A stretch of 64,000 nucleotides of DNA from Mobula hypostoma (lineage: Eukaryota): assembly GCF_963921235.1 (NCBI RefSeq), contig NC_086109.1:7132001-7196000 (forward strand), written 5' to 3'. Positions within the stretch are counted from its first letter, which is position 1. Each line of letters opens with the position of its first letter. Below the pieces are notes generated by a model. It ran no database searches. It was not told where the DNA came from and saw only the letters and a list, made by a program, of their open reading frames with translations. Positions 25,043 through 38,560 of the stretch are shown here, piece by piece. The position numbers and the translations under genes are program-made.

Positions 25043-25078
25043 AGTCCTGAAGAAGGGTCTTGCCCCGAAACGTCGACT
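25043..25078 (+). ncRNA. Minimal type I hammerhead ribozyme motif
   Basis: agtc-CTGAAGA-a-ggg(tcttgc)ccc-GAAA-c-GTC^gact. Perfect 4-bp helix I, predicted cleavage after 25074. Confidence 0.85.
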
Positions 25079-26505
25079 CTTTATTCATTTCTACAGATGC
25101 TGCCTGACCTGCTGAGTTCCTCCAAAATTTTGTGTGTGTTGCTCTGATTTCCAGCATCTGCAGAATCTCTTCTGTTCCTGACTTTATTTTCCTTTTGTAC
25201 TATCTCTATGAACATAAAGATTTAAAGATTTATTTGTCACATGTACATTGAAACATTGAAGCATATAAAGAAATGTGCCATTTACATCAATGCCCAACTG
25301 AGTCTGAGTCCGTGCTGGGCGCAGCCCAGAAGTGTCATCATGCTTCTGTCACTGATATGGCACGCCCGCAACTCATTAACCCTAACCCGTAAGTTTCTGG
25401 TGTGTGGGAGGAAACCGGAGCACCCGGAGGAAACCCACGCGGTCATGAGAAGAACTTACAAACTCCTTACAGACAGTGGCGAAAGTGAACCCTGACCTTA
25501 CAGCTGACGCAGTTTGGCATTGGGTCAACCGCTACGCTACCATGCTACTTACGTACGGAATCGTCTGTATGGAAGGTGAGCAAATAAGAGCTTTTAATTT
25601 ATCTGGATTCGAGTGGCAATAAACCAGTCACCAATTGGGCCATTCAGCCGCTGGATTCTGTTCCTGTATCCGCAGTTCCCCGTGCTGTAAGCCAGGGGTT
25701 CCCATCCTGCTTGCTTAATGGCATTGGTCCATGGCTTATAAAAGGTTGGGATCCCTTGCCGGAGACCCACAGAGACAGGGTGAGGAGAAATAATGGGTTC
25801 CTGCCTTCTACTGTGACAAGACTCAACAAACATTCAGTTGTTCACAGTGAACGTACTTCTGTTTTCTGTAAAACATGTCTGGCTTGTAGTTAACCCTCAA
25901 ATTAACACTGGAGTCTTTAAATTATAGCATAAGGAACCACAATTGTAGGCCATCTGCACCAGGGACTGAGTGCAGATTAGTATTTAATCTACACAAAGAA
26001 TGCCCCAATTGACACTATGGCCAATCTCACCGACAACTGTAATTTCCCAACTGTGACCCTGTAGTTTCCTCGTTGCTTCGCACTCAGTCACAGGAGCAGA
26101 CTGGGTGGAAGCTGTTTCCTCAGATCGAGAGTCTCGAAGAAAGAGCCGGTGTCTCAGGATGAGTAGCCGGACGTTGAGGCCTGTGATGGGGAGGATTCGT
26201 AAAAGAGTGGAGCACAGGAAGAGGCCCTTCATCTCACGATGTTTGAGGTGAACACGACAAAACTAGAGAGATATAAGAGACGGTAGTCCTGATGAAGGAT
26301 CTCGGCCTGAAATGCTGACTGTTTATTCCCCTCCGTAGATGCTGCCTGACCTGCTGAGTTCCTCCAGCATTTTGTGTGTGTTGCTCTGGATTTCCATAAG
26401 AACATGAGATATTGGAGCAGAATTAGGCCATTTAGTCCATCGAATCTGCTCTGCTATTTCATCATGGCTGACCGATTTCCCTCTCGCCCCAATCTCCCGC
26501 CTTCT

Positions 26506-27240
26506 CATAGTCATAGTCATATTTTATTGATCCCGGGGGAAATTGGTTTTCGTTACAGTTGCACCATAAATAATAAATAATAGTAGAACCACAAATAGTT
26601 AAATAGTAATATGAAAATTATGCCAGGAAATAAGTCCAGGACCAGCCTATTGGCTCAGGGTATCTGACCCTCCAAGGGAGGAGTTGTAAAGTTTGATGGC
26701 CACAGGCAGGAATGACTTCCTATGACGCTCTGTGTTGCATCTCGGTGGAATGAGTCTCTGGCTGAATGTACTCCTGTGCCCACCCAGTACATTATGTAGT
26801 GGATGGGAGACATTGTCCAAGATGGCATGCAACTTGGACAGCATCCTCTTTTCAGACACCACCGTGAGAGAGTCCAGTTCCATCCCCACAACATCACTAG
26901 CCTTACGAATGAGTTTGTTGATTCTGTTGGTGTCTGCTACCCTCAGCCTGCTGCCCAGCACACAACAGCAAACATGATCGCACTGGCCACCACAGACTCG
27001 TAGAACATCCTCAGCATCGTCCGGCAGATGTTAAAGGACCTCAGTCTCCTCAGGAAATAGAGACAGCTCTGACCCTTCTTGTAGACAGCCTCAGTGTTCT
27101 TTGACCAATCCAGTTTATTGTCAATTCGTATCCCCAGGTATTTGTAATCCTCCACCATGTCCACACTGACCCCCTGGATGGAAACAGGGGTCGCCAGTAC
27201 CTTAGCTCTCCTCAGGTCTACCACCAGCTCCTTAGTCTTA
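26506..27240 (-). mobile_element. Rex1/Babar-type LINE 3' fragment, little decayed, inserted in a CR1 3' end
   Basis: KTKELVVDLRR, YKYLGIRIDNKLDWS, SFLPVAIKLYN; (atgact)n tail. Confidence 0.85.
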
Positions 27241-28844
27241 GTTCTCCCCATATCCCTTCATGCCCTGACTAATCAAGAATCTATCAAACTTTCCTTTAAA
27301 TATACCAAATGACTTGGCTTCTCCAGCCACCTGATTCACCACCCTCTGGCTAAAGAACTTCCTCATCACCTCCGTTCTAAATGGATGTCCCTCTGCTCTT
27401 TTAGTCAGAGGGTGGTGAATCTCTGGAATTTGTTGCCACGGGCAGCAGTGGAGGCCAAATCATTAGGTGTATTTAAGGCAGAGATTGATAGGTATCTGAG
27501 TAGCCAGGGCATCAAAGGTTATGGTGAGAAGGCGGGCGAGTGGGACTAAATGGGAGAATGGATCAGCTCATGATAAAATGGTGGAGCAGACTCGATGGGC
27601 CGAATGGCCTACTTCTGCTCCTTTGTCTTATGGTCTTATGGTCTTATGGTCTTACCCTGAGGCTGTATCCTCTGGTCTTAGACTTGCCCACCATAGGAAG
27701 CATCCTCTCCACATTGACTCTATTGAGGCCTCTCAACATTTGATAAGCTTCAGTGAGTTTCCCCTCGTTCTTCTGAATTCCACTGAGTGGAAGCTCAGCC
27801 ATCAAACGCTCTGCAGAGTCTCTTGTTGTTAGGATTGGCTGCAGATGCTGGAATCTGGAGTAACAAACAATCTGCTGGAGGAGCTCAGCGGCTCGAGCAG
27901 CCTCCAGGTGGTGGGGCTGGGGGACGGTGGAATTGACGGCATCGTGGGTATCGGTAGGTGTACTGCATCAGGACTGAGTGGATTTGAGGCTATTTTACTG
28001 AAGTAGGTGCACAGAGTACACTGAAGGAAATATACCCAAAGAGACATTACAACACGGTAGGAGACCATTGAGTTCCTGCTAGTTTTCTGCACAGCCATTT
28101 ATTCAGTCTATTCCATTCCGTCACTCGATCCTCAAAGATATTCAAGTGCATATCCATGGGAGACTTGCGCCTGTCTGTTATTGAAGTAACTGCAATTTTG
28201 TGCTGCTAGTAGTTTCGTTTCCCTCCCCCTAGTTTAAACTTCGAATTTAAAAATTTTAATTGCTGATTCTTGAGGGAGAACAATATGTCTATGTCTATGA
28301 GGAGGGGGAAGAACTTGTCTGAACCTAGTGATAAAGGTAATGGGAAAGGAAAGATGCCAAAGGAAAGATCTGATGAAATGCCACCATGGGCTGAAGATAT
28401 GGTCCAGACACTGAATTCAATTAAAGATCAGAATGGATCAATTAAAGATAACTGGAAAAGAATAGTAATGAAATAAAGTCATTTCTGGGAAAACTTAAAG
28501 ACTTGGAAACTCAAGTTGTTACACACGCAGAGGAATTGAAGATAACTAAGCAAAAATTGTCTGAAGCTACAACTCATTTGGAAAGATATCAAAATAAGTG
28601 CATATCCATGACCTCAAAATACCTTCTATAAATTTGCTGACAATACAACTATTGTTGGCGGAATCTCAGATGCTGACACGAGGGCGTACAGGAGTGAGAT
28701 ATACCAGCTAGCTGAGTGGTGTCACAGCAACAACTTTGCCCTGAACATCAATAGGATCAAAGAGCTGATTGTGGTCTTCCAAAAGGGTAAGACAAGTCAA
28801 AATGAACCAATCCTCACAGAAGGATTCTATGACTCCAGGAAGGT

Positions 28845-29492
28845 TCATTTACAGGTTGAGTCTGTGGTAAAGAAGGAAAATGAAATATTGGCATTTGTTT
28901 CGAGGGAATAGAATATAAAAGCTAGGAGATAATGCTGAGCCTTTATAAGACACTAATCATGCTGCACTTGGAGTATTGTCAACAGTTTTGGGCACTATAC
29001 CTCAGAAAGGATGTGTTGTCATTGCAGAGAATCCAGAGGAGGTTCACAGGGATAATTCTGGGAATGAAGGGGTTAATATATGAGGAGCATTTGGCAGCTT
29101 TGGGCCTGTACTCACTGGAATTCAGAAGAATGCGGCGGGATCTCATTGAAACCTACTGAATGTTGAAAGGACTAGACAGGGTGGATGTGGAGAGGATGTT
29201 TCCTATGGTGGGGCTATCCAGAACTAGAGGGCACAACCTCAAAATTGAGGGGGTGACCCTTTAGAACAGAGATAAGGAGGAATTTTTTTAGCCAGAGAGT
29301 AGTGAATCTGTGGAATCCTCTGCCACAGACTGCAGTGGAGGCCAAGTCCATGGGTATGTTTAAGGTGGAAGCTGATAGTTTTCTGATCAGTCAGGGCATC
29401 AAAGGATATGGTGAGAAGGCAGATGTATGGGGTTGAGTCGGATCTTGGATCAGCCATGATGGAATGGTGGTTCCTGTGTCTTATGGTCTTAT
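28845..29492 (+). mobile_element. CR1 3' fragment splitting a Rex1/Babar fragment (~28600-28825 and 29500-30195)
   Basis: LYKTLIMLHLEYCQQFW and a cttatggtctt tail; Rex1 motifs on both flanks. Confidence 0.85.
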
Positions 29493-32400
29493 TATCTAAG
29501 GAGTGGAGAGAGTGAGCAATTTCAAGCTCCTGAGTGTCAAGATCTCTGAGGATCTAACCTGGTCCCAACGTATAAATACAGCTATAAAGAAGGCAAGACA
29601 GCAGCTATATCTCATTAGGAGTTTGAGGAGGTTTGGTATGTCACCAAAAACACATGCAAATTTCTACAGATGTACCATGGAGAGCACTCTGAGTGGCTGC
29701 AACACACTCTGGTATGTTGTGGGGGAGGGGGACGCTACTGCACAGGATCGAAGTAAGTTGCAGAGAGTTGTAAACTTAGTCAGCTCCATCATGGGCACCT
29801 GCCTCCATAGTATCCAGGACATCGAGCGCCTCAGAAAGGCGGCATCCATTATTAAGGGATCACCCAGGATATGCCCCCTTCTCATTGTTACCACCAGGGA
29901 GGAGGTACAGGAACCTGAAGGTGCACACTCAGTGATTCAGGAACAGTTTCTTCCCCTCTGCTGTCTGATTTCTGAACGGACACTGAACCCATGAACACTA
30001 CCTCACTTTTTTGAGTATTATTTCTGTTTCTGCACTATTTTTAATTTAACTATTATATATATATATATATATATATTTGTACTTTTATATTTTATATAAA
30101 TGTAATTACTTATTTACTCCTATGATTGTACTGCTGCTGCTAAGTTAACAAATTTCATGACATATGCCGGTGATATTAAATCTCATTCTGATTCTGTCTT
30201 CTCTGAGGATAATCCATTCGTCTGCCTTTGATTTCTGCAACAGACAACTTGTTGGTCTGCCGTTTAGCTGATAGGAATTGTATCTATAAGCAGCTGGTGC
30301 ATATCACAGGCCCTGGTCATGCAATCACTGACGCCAGACAGACAATCTCTGCTGAGTATTGGCAATGGCCGGGGTTACTCTTGTCAAGATAGTGTCCAGA
30401 AGAAGGCAATGGAAAACCAATTCTATATAAAAATTTGCCAAGAACAATCATGGTCATGGAAAGATCTTGATCGCTCAAGTCATATGACACGGCACATAAT
30501 GAATGATCTATGTTTTGGAAATCCTTTGTGTTTTAGAAATCATTTGTAATTTGTTAATATTTAAAAGATAAATGCGAGTTTCGAATGTGTTTTAAGAGCT
30601 TTATCTAAATTTAAACATGTATCACTCAATATAAATGAAATGTGTTTAAATTTATATCACATATAGTTTCACAATGTGTGCCCGTGATATTAAAGCTGAA
30701 ACTTCCCTCTTCCTCCTCTGTCCTGAATTAGACTCTCGGTCCAAAACATCAACCGTTTACTCTAAACGACATTGTTTTCTGGAAGTATCTCCTTTGTGGT
30801 AAGGAGGGGGAACCCACCCCTCCATCAGTGGGTATTGGCAGCTAAACTTGCTATGGAGAATAAAGAGGGAAGTGATCTAGTATTTGAAGAGTTGGTAGCC
30901 ACAGTATAACCTCCTTTAGTAAGGGTATCCAGAGCTACCCATATCAGATAGGGCTTATAATCTTTGTTTGAGTCTAGAAGTTTGCAGGCAGCAAACCCAA
31001 TACCTTCGCAGTACCTTTAACAGGTTGTTGCTCCAAATTAAACTGAATTCATTCTGCTAGCACACAATTCATATCCCTGCATATTCATTCATCTGTCTAA
31101 CAACTTATTAAACACCATTGTCTTCATATGTCTCTATGACCTACCCAGGTATTGTACATAATTCAGGTAATCTACATAACTTTTTAGGTACACCTCTACA
31201 CCTGCTTGTGTTATGCAAATATCTAATCAGCCAATCACGCGGCAGCAACTCAATGCATAAAAGCATGCAGACATGGTCAAGAGGTTCAGTTGTTGTTGTG
31301 GCATCAGAATGGGAAAGAACTGTGATCTAAGTGACTGACCTTGGGGTGTTTGTTGGTGCCAGATTGGGGTGGTTTGAGTATCCCAGAAACTGCTGATCTC
31401 CTGGGATTTTCACATACAACTATGTCCAGAGTTCACAGAAGGTCGTGTGAGACAGAAAGAACATCCAGTGAGTGGCAATTCTGAGGATAAAATCGCCTTG
31501 TAAATGAGAAAGGTCAGAGGAGAATGGCCGGACTGATTCAAGCTGACAGGAAGGCTCCAATAACCACGTGTTACAACAGCGGTGTGCAGAAGAGCATCTC
31601 TGAACGCACAACATGTCGAACCTTGAAGTGGATGGGCTACAGCTGCAGAAGACGATGAACACACATTCAGTGCCCACTTTATTGGTTGCAGGAAGTACAT
31701 AATAAACTGGCCACGGAGTGTAGTTGCCTCAAAATTGTATTCTCCCAAGGGGCTGACATTCGTTGTGAAAGTTTTTCCCACACTTGTATTCTCAAAATCA
31801 ACACCTGGCACTTATCTGAATTAAATTCTATTTACCAGTCCTCTGCCCAATTGATCACGGTTCCCCTCTAATTCTGAAAACTATCTTCTCTGTCTATTGA
31901 TTTCTTTCAGCTTGTTCACCTTTCCCTGTTGCCACTTCGTCTTTTCTCAAGTGCCCATCAAGATTGAAGATTGAAGATCCAAGATTATTGACCACGTACA
32001 TCGAAACACAGAGCGAAATGGGTCATTTGTGTTAACAACCAATACACCCCAAGGGTGTGCTGGGGGCAGCCCACAAGTATCACCACACATTCTGGCACCA
32101 ACATGGCATGCCCACGATGCTTGGCAGGACAACAGAGAACACAACAAGCAACAACACAACAGCAGCAAGACAAGGCTCATTTCTCCCTCCAACCCATGCA
32201 AATAAACAGTAACATCAAGATGCAATCTCCGTTGGCCCCCACCCTACATCGGACTTGGATTCAGATGCAGACGTGCAGACATTGGGCCTTTGACTACCCC
32301 TGGAACTGGCAGAGATTCTCAGTGTCAGGGCTCCAGCTATAGTGTCTCTACTTCCAAATTTCCAATTTGACTCTTGGACTTTGATCCACATCAACCACCG

Positions 32401-33663
32401 ATTACAAACACCAGGCCCAAAACTCCGTCAAACATTTTCTTGACGTTGCTTCTCTCTCCACAGACACTGCCTGACTTGCTGGGTATACCTGTTTTATTTA
32501 CAGATACTTGCTTTGTAAAGGTTTAGAAAGCTATGGACTAAATGCGGGTAAATAGGATGTGCTTGGATGGGACATCTCGGTCAGCATGGAGCCTTTGGGC
32601 TGAAGGGCCTGTTTCCCTTGTGTGTGAATCGATGAACTCTGTAAGAAAAAGAAAGCCGTTGAAAAGTAATTTAACATTTTATATCAGACATACTGCCTGT
32701 CTGGCTGAGTATTAACAGCAATTCCTGTTTGTATTTCAGATTTCAAGCAACCATATACAACAATATTGTGGTTTTGTCCTGAGATCCGTCTTTTTGGAAA
32801 TGGCTCAGATATTTATTAAATCAACTACCCGAGGCTTAGGGAAAGCCAGGACAAACACAGAAAATCCTCAAGCATTCGGATATTTCATTACACATATAAA
32901 CAGCTCCTTGAGCTTCATGAATATACACAATCCCCGGCAGATTAATTTATGGTAGAACAGAGGAGCTGAGGTCTTTCAGAGAAAGAAGAAATTGCTTGTA
33001 TTTGCATGTCTTATTTCCAAGATGTGCATACCACCAAGAGCCGAGATAAATCAAGCACTTGAGATATTGAATGCTGCCATCATCAAACAAGAAAGGCTTG
33101 ATTTCAACCCCAACACATTTCAAATCATAGTCGAGGACTTCAATTAGGGCTGTTTGAAGAAACTTCTCCCAAATTATCATCAGCATACCAACGGTCCCAA
33201 CACACCAGACAACTGCTATACTACAAGAAAAAATGCCTACTGTTCCTCGCCTAGTCTGTACCTTGGGAAATCTGATCACCTGGCCGTCCTTCTCCCACCT
33301 GCGTACAGGCAGAGGGTAAGGAGCAAGGGCCCAGAGACCGGACAGCAAGGACGTGGTCATGGGAGGAAGAGGATCAGCTCCACGATTGCTCGAGTCAGTG
33401 TACTGGGCCACGTTCAAGGACTCGTTAGGGGATCAGAATGAGTACTCCATGGTCGTCATAGACTTGATAGAATCAATGGTAATGAGTGTGTCCCCACAAA
33501 ATCATTCAGTCATCCCCAGTCAGATCCCCTGGTTGGACCATGAGATCTACAATTTGCTGAGGACCAGATCAGAGACATTCAGACCTGGCAACCAAGTAAG
33601 ATACAAGAGGTCCAGGTACAATCTCCAGAAAGCCATCTCATGGGTGAAGTGGTAATTCCAGAC

Positions 33664-35565
33664 TAATATTGATGTGACTCGGACACCGCTGTAGATTGAA
33701 CAGTCCCGTTTATTCACCATACTTTCATTTTTAAAACCCTTTTTCACGTCCTGACGTCATACACAGTCTGACGCTACGAATACTCACACAATACATTACA
33801 TCCCCCTTCTCAAGATTTTTTTTTACAGCATTGTGAATCACCGAAACAATGCCTCTAGGTACGCCCTTCTTACAGTGCAACAACTATGACATAAACTCAA
33901 AAAATCTTACCTTCTTGTACTGTATTCTGCATTATATCTTACAATACTAGCAGCAGTGTATTTTCTTTTACTAATATAGACTAATAAACCTTTCAATAGT
34001 CTCTGTATCTAGCTGGAAGTTTGACTTGTCTCCCAGACCGTGTGTGATACAACAGTGACTGTGCTTGACCTTCATCCATGTCAGTCTCTCCAGTGTCCTC
34101 TGTGTCCTTGGGGTCTGCATCACTCCTGGTGTCGTTTGTTTCCATGTCTGTATCTGTGGAAATGTCCTGTGCATCTGTACGTGGAAACTCCCTCTCGCCT
34201 GTCTTCAGCAGATGCTTCCTGTTCCTCCCGTAGACTCTTCCATCCGGCGTGCGAACTATGAAGGATCTTGGTTGCTGATGTCTGCTCACAACCACAGCTG
34301 GTTGCCAAGTGTCTCCTCTCTGTATTCTGACATTTTCACCTGTATGCAGATCTGGCAACTGTCTTGTATGTCTGTCATAGTAGCCCTTTTGCTTTATTTG
34401 CTTGTACTTTTACTTGTCGTGTACTTGACCATTACCTTCAGGAGTCAGTAGAGTTCTGGATGTTGGCAGGTTGGACTTCAGACGACGTCCCATCAACAGC
34501 TGCGCAGGAGAGAACCCCTCACCCTCAATCGGTGTGTTGCGGTATTCAAGCAGAGCGATGTAAGGGTCACCGTTGCTGCTATGTGCCTTCTGGAGCATGT
34601 TCTTGACAGTTTGTACAGTTCTCTCTGCTCGTCCATTAGACTGAGCGTGCCCTGGACTGGAAGTAACATGTTGAAGTTCCCAGCTTTCTGAGAACCCTCT
34701 GAACTCACCACTGGCATATTGTGGACCATTGTCAGTAACGACAATATCTGGAATCCCATGTCTTGTGAATGTCGACTTCATTGCGATAATGACACCTCGA
34801 CTGGACGTGTCACTTAACTTGGTGATCTCCGTTGGTCCTTGAGCCCTCGTGAAAAACCGGTGTCGGATGAACGGTAGGTTTTTTTTCTCAGTTCGCAGTA
34901 ATCTTGAAACTTTTTTTTCAACACTTCAATTTTATCTTGCTCATCATCTTGGAAGACAAACGTGTTGCAAACCTTTATTGCCTCTTCTCCCGCTACGTGC
35001 AGAAACGTAGCACATTGCACTTTCTCCAGCTTTTCAGCTAGGCCGATAGCGGTGCAAAACAGCTCAAACTTCTGGATCCACATTTTCCAGTTCTCAGCAA
35101 GATTACCTTGTAGGCTTAAACTTGACCGTGGCTGTAACTGTGACATCTTTTACATGTCTTCTCTTCCTTTTTTTTTCTGCATTTTCTTCTGACACCAGAG
35201 GTATTCCAGAGATCCGTGGCGCAAATGATTGAAGGCCTGGACGGGGCGGCCAACATCATTGATGATTTGCTGATATGGGGTGACACAATTGAGGAACATG
35301 ATCAGAGACTGAGGAAGCTCCTGGAGAGAGCACGTGAGTGCAACCTAAAACTGAACAAAAGTAAATGTAAGATCAGAACTACAGAGATCAAATATATAGG
35401 TCATGTGCTCAGTGCTGATGGGCTATGTAATATTGATGTGACTCGGACACCGCTATAGATTGAACAACCCCGTATATTCACCAGCCTTCCATTTTTAAAA
35501 CTCTTTTTTCATGTCCTGATGTCATACGCACTCTGTCACTACGAATACTCACACAATACATTACA
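33664..35565 (-). mobile_element. Internally deleted Gypsy-type LTR element (~1.9 kb)
   Basis: LTRs 33664-33800 and 35426-35565; TSD cagac/cggac; PPT gagaaggggga; PBS TGGTGTCAGAAG (35197-35186); gag N-terminus (ORF 34814..35146); integrase C-half (TDNGPQY, SNGRAERTVQTVK). Confidence 0.92.
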
Positions 35566-35622
35566 CGGACCTAACTTGAATCACTGAAGAATTCTCGACA
35601 GCAGTGGCAAGGTTTGAATGCC

Positions 35623-36244
35623 ATTAGATTATGAAGACACGTAGTCCTCTTTTATTGTCATTTAGTAATGCATGCATTAAGAAATGATACATTATTTCCT
35701 CCGGTGTGATATCACAAAACACAGGATAGACCAAGACTGAAAAAACTGACAAAACCACATAATTATAACATATTGTTACAACAGTGCTCAATACCATAAC
35801 TTGAAGAAGAAGTCCATGAGCACAGTAAAGTTCAAAGTTTCTCAAATGTCCCACATCTCACGCAGACGGAGAAGGAAGAAAAACTCTCCCTGCCATGCCG
35901 ACCACAATCCAAATCTGAGTCATCCGAAAACTTCGAGCTCTGATCAGCTTTCCGACACTGAGTACTGAGCACCATCTCTGTCCGAACGATTCGACCTCCT
36001 TCTCGGTCGCCAAAAGCAGGCAAGGCCGGGGATTTTGAGGCCTTCCCTTCGGAAGATTCCCGACCACACAGTAACAACAGCAGCGAACGGGTGTTTCAGA
36101 AATTTCTCCAGATGTTCCTCTGTGCTTTCACGTCCATTCTCCATCAAATCAGAATTGTCCACGGCCCCTATTTAACTGATACGATATCATTTTTCACCGG
36201 AGGGCTGCACACACGCAGGCGCGCCACCATCTTCTCCTCCCGCC
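35623..36244 (-). mobile_element. ~620-bp non-coding retroposon inserted in the Rex1 copy
   Basis: Interrupts the Rex1 sequence (gaatgcc...cctcttacaaagtg). Minus strand begins ggcgggaggagaagatggtggcg and ends aataaa...cataatctaat; CpG-rich, so probably young. Confidence 0.65.
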
Positions 36245-37874
36245 CTTCTTACCTCTTACAAAGTGAAATCAAGTGACAGAGGTGACAACAGGGCTCCGCT
36301 CCTAGATGAGCTCAATGCCTTCAATGCTCGCTTTAATCGTCAAAGCATGGGGGAGCCTTCACAGACTTCCATGGCCCCTGATTGCCCAGTCTCTGAGACC
36401 AATGCGAGTGCATCCTTCAGTAGGGTGAACCCACAGAAAGTACACAACCTGGCCAAGTACTAAAGACCTGAGCTGATCAACTGGCTGGAGTGTTCACCGA
36501 TACCTTTGACCTCTCGTTCTGGCAGTCTGAGGTACCCCCATGTTTCAAGCAGGTTTCGAAGTTTTTTGAGAGGTTGGTGGTGAAACAGATCAATTCCTGC
36601 CTGAAAAGTGACTTGTATTTGCTCTAATTTTCCCACCAGCACAACAGGTCCACAGCAGATGTCATTTCATTGGCTCTTCACTCAACAGCAAAAATGCAGC
36701 TATCAGAATGCCCTTCATTGACTATGGCTGAGCATTGAATACTATCATGCCCTCAACCTAATCAATAAGCTTCAAGACCTTGGCCTCAATATATCCTTGG
36801 GCAAATGGATTCTCGATTCCCTTCTTTGCGGACCCCAGTCAACAGCACCTCCTCCACAATCTCCATCAGCACAGATGAGCCACAAGGCTCTGTGCTAAGA
36901 CCCCTGCTCTACTCACTTTACACTTACGACTGTGAGGCTAAGCACAGCCCCCCTGCCATATTTAAGTTTGCTGATGACACCACTGTTGTTGACTGAATCA
37001 AAGTTGGTGACAAATCAGCATATAGGATTGAAAATCTGGCTGAGTGGTCCCACAACAACAACCTCTCACTCAATGCCAGTAAGACCAAGGACCAAGGATT
37101 ATTGACTTCAGGAGGAGGAAACCGTTGGTCCATGAGCCAGTCCTCACTGGGGGATCAGAGGTGGAGAGAGTCAGCAACTTTAAATTCCTCGGTGATATCA
37201 TTTCAGAGGATCTGTCCTGGGCCCAGCACGCAAGTGGAATTATGAAGAAAGCACCAGGACCGCCTCTACTTCCTTAGGAGTTTACGAAGATTCAGCGTGA
37301 CATCGGAAACTGACAAATTTTGACGGATGTGTGGCAGAAAGTATATTGACTAGCTGCATCACAGCCTTTTATGGAAACGTCAATGCCTTTGAACAGAAAA
37401 GCCTACAAAAAGTAATGGATATGGACCAATCTATCATGAGTAAAACCCTCTCCACCACTGAGTCTATCTACCTGGAGTGCTACCAGAAGAAAGCAGCATG
37501 GATCGTCAAGAACCCCTACCATCTTGGTCATGCTCTCTTCTCACTGCTGCCGTCAGGAAGGAGGTACAGGAGTCTCAGGTCTCACAGCACCAGGTTCAGG
37601 AACTGTTATTACCCCTTAACCATCAGGCTCCTGAACTGGCGTGGATAACCTCACTCACGTCAACACTGAACTGATTCCACCTGTGCACTCACCTTCAAGG
37701 ACTCTACGACTCATGCTTTCAGTATTATTTCTTTACTAATTTATGCATTATTGTTATTTTTTGCTTTGTTGTATTTGCACACTTTGCCTTTTTTTGCACA
37801 TTGTTTGCTTGTCAGTGTCTGTGTGCAGTTTTCCATTGATTCTATTGTACGTTTGTATTTCTTTGTTCTGTGAG

Positions 37875-38112
37875 TGCGTGGCCAAGTGGTTAGGGCAATG
37901 GACTGGCGATCTGAAGGTCGTGGGTTCGAGCCTCGGCTGAGGCAGCGTGTGTGTCCTTGAGCAAGTGCTCCAGTCTACCCCGCTGAGAATGGGTACCGGC
38001 AAAAATGCTGGGGTTTAACCTCGCTATAGACTGGCGTCCTATCCGGGGGGGGGGGGAGTCTCGTACTCTCAGTCGCTTCACGCCACGGAAACTGGCATAA
38101 GCACTGGCCTGA
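37875..38112 (+). mobile_element. tRNA-derived SINE
   Basis: A box TGGCCAAGTGG and B box GGTTCGAGCC followed by gtgtccttgagcaag core. Confidence 0.8.
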
Positions 38113-38154
38113 CAGACTTTAATCTACTGTGAATGCCTGCAAGAAAATGGTGAC

Positions 38155-38560
38155 TGTCATGAGCTCTGTGGCTTGCCGTAGGGTACTGTGCTTTTCGGTT
38201 GCTTGAGCACCTACCTGTATTTACTCATTGTTACCTTAACTAGAGCTGTTAAACCCTTGTGTTTTCAGTTTAATCTTCTCAAGTTAATTGTGACTGACAC
38301 GGGTTTCCTGCATTCTATGATTATTTAAAGAGGTCTCTTGTTTAATTCCTTAGTGAAGTTATCGTGTTGGAGAGAATGAACTGTCTCACAGCGCCACTCA
38401 GTCATTCCCCCGGCGCTCTGTTGGTATTCCCATGTCTCGCCTCTTGTCGCATCTCCACACGGGAAATCTGTCTCCCTCCGCTCCTGGGGTCGAGTCAGTG
38501 CCAGCGACTGCCGTGACAGAGACAGCCTTCTGTCCGGTCCTGCGAGCACACACTGTGACA
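38155..38560. mobile_element. Probable solo LTR
   Basis: TGTCA...TGACA inverted termini interrupting a LINE 3' tail; no clean TSD. Confidence 0.5.

Larger units (their letters stand above)
33020..37650 (+). mobile_element. Decayed Rex1/Babar LINE (endonuclease to RT end), split by two later insertions
   Basis: PNYHQH, GKSDHLAVLL, LLDELNAFNARF, PQGSVLRPLLYSLYTYDC, KFADDTTVV, FSLLPSGRRYRS in order. Confidence 0.85.

Noticed and set aside
37875..37945. tRNA gene
   Set aside because: A/B boxes run into a SINE core shared with 46955-47262 and 39581-39885; no complete cloverleaf or terminator.
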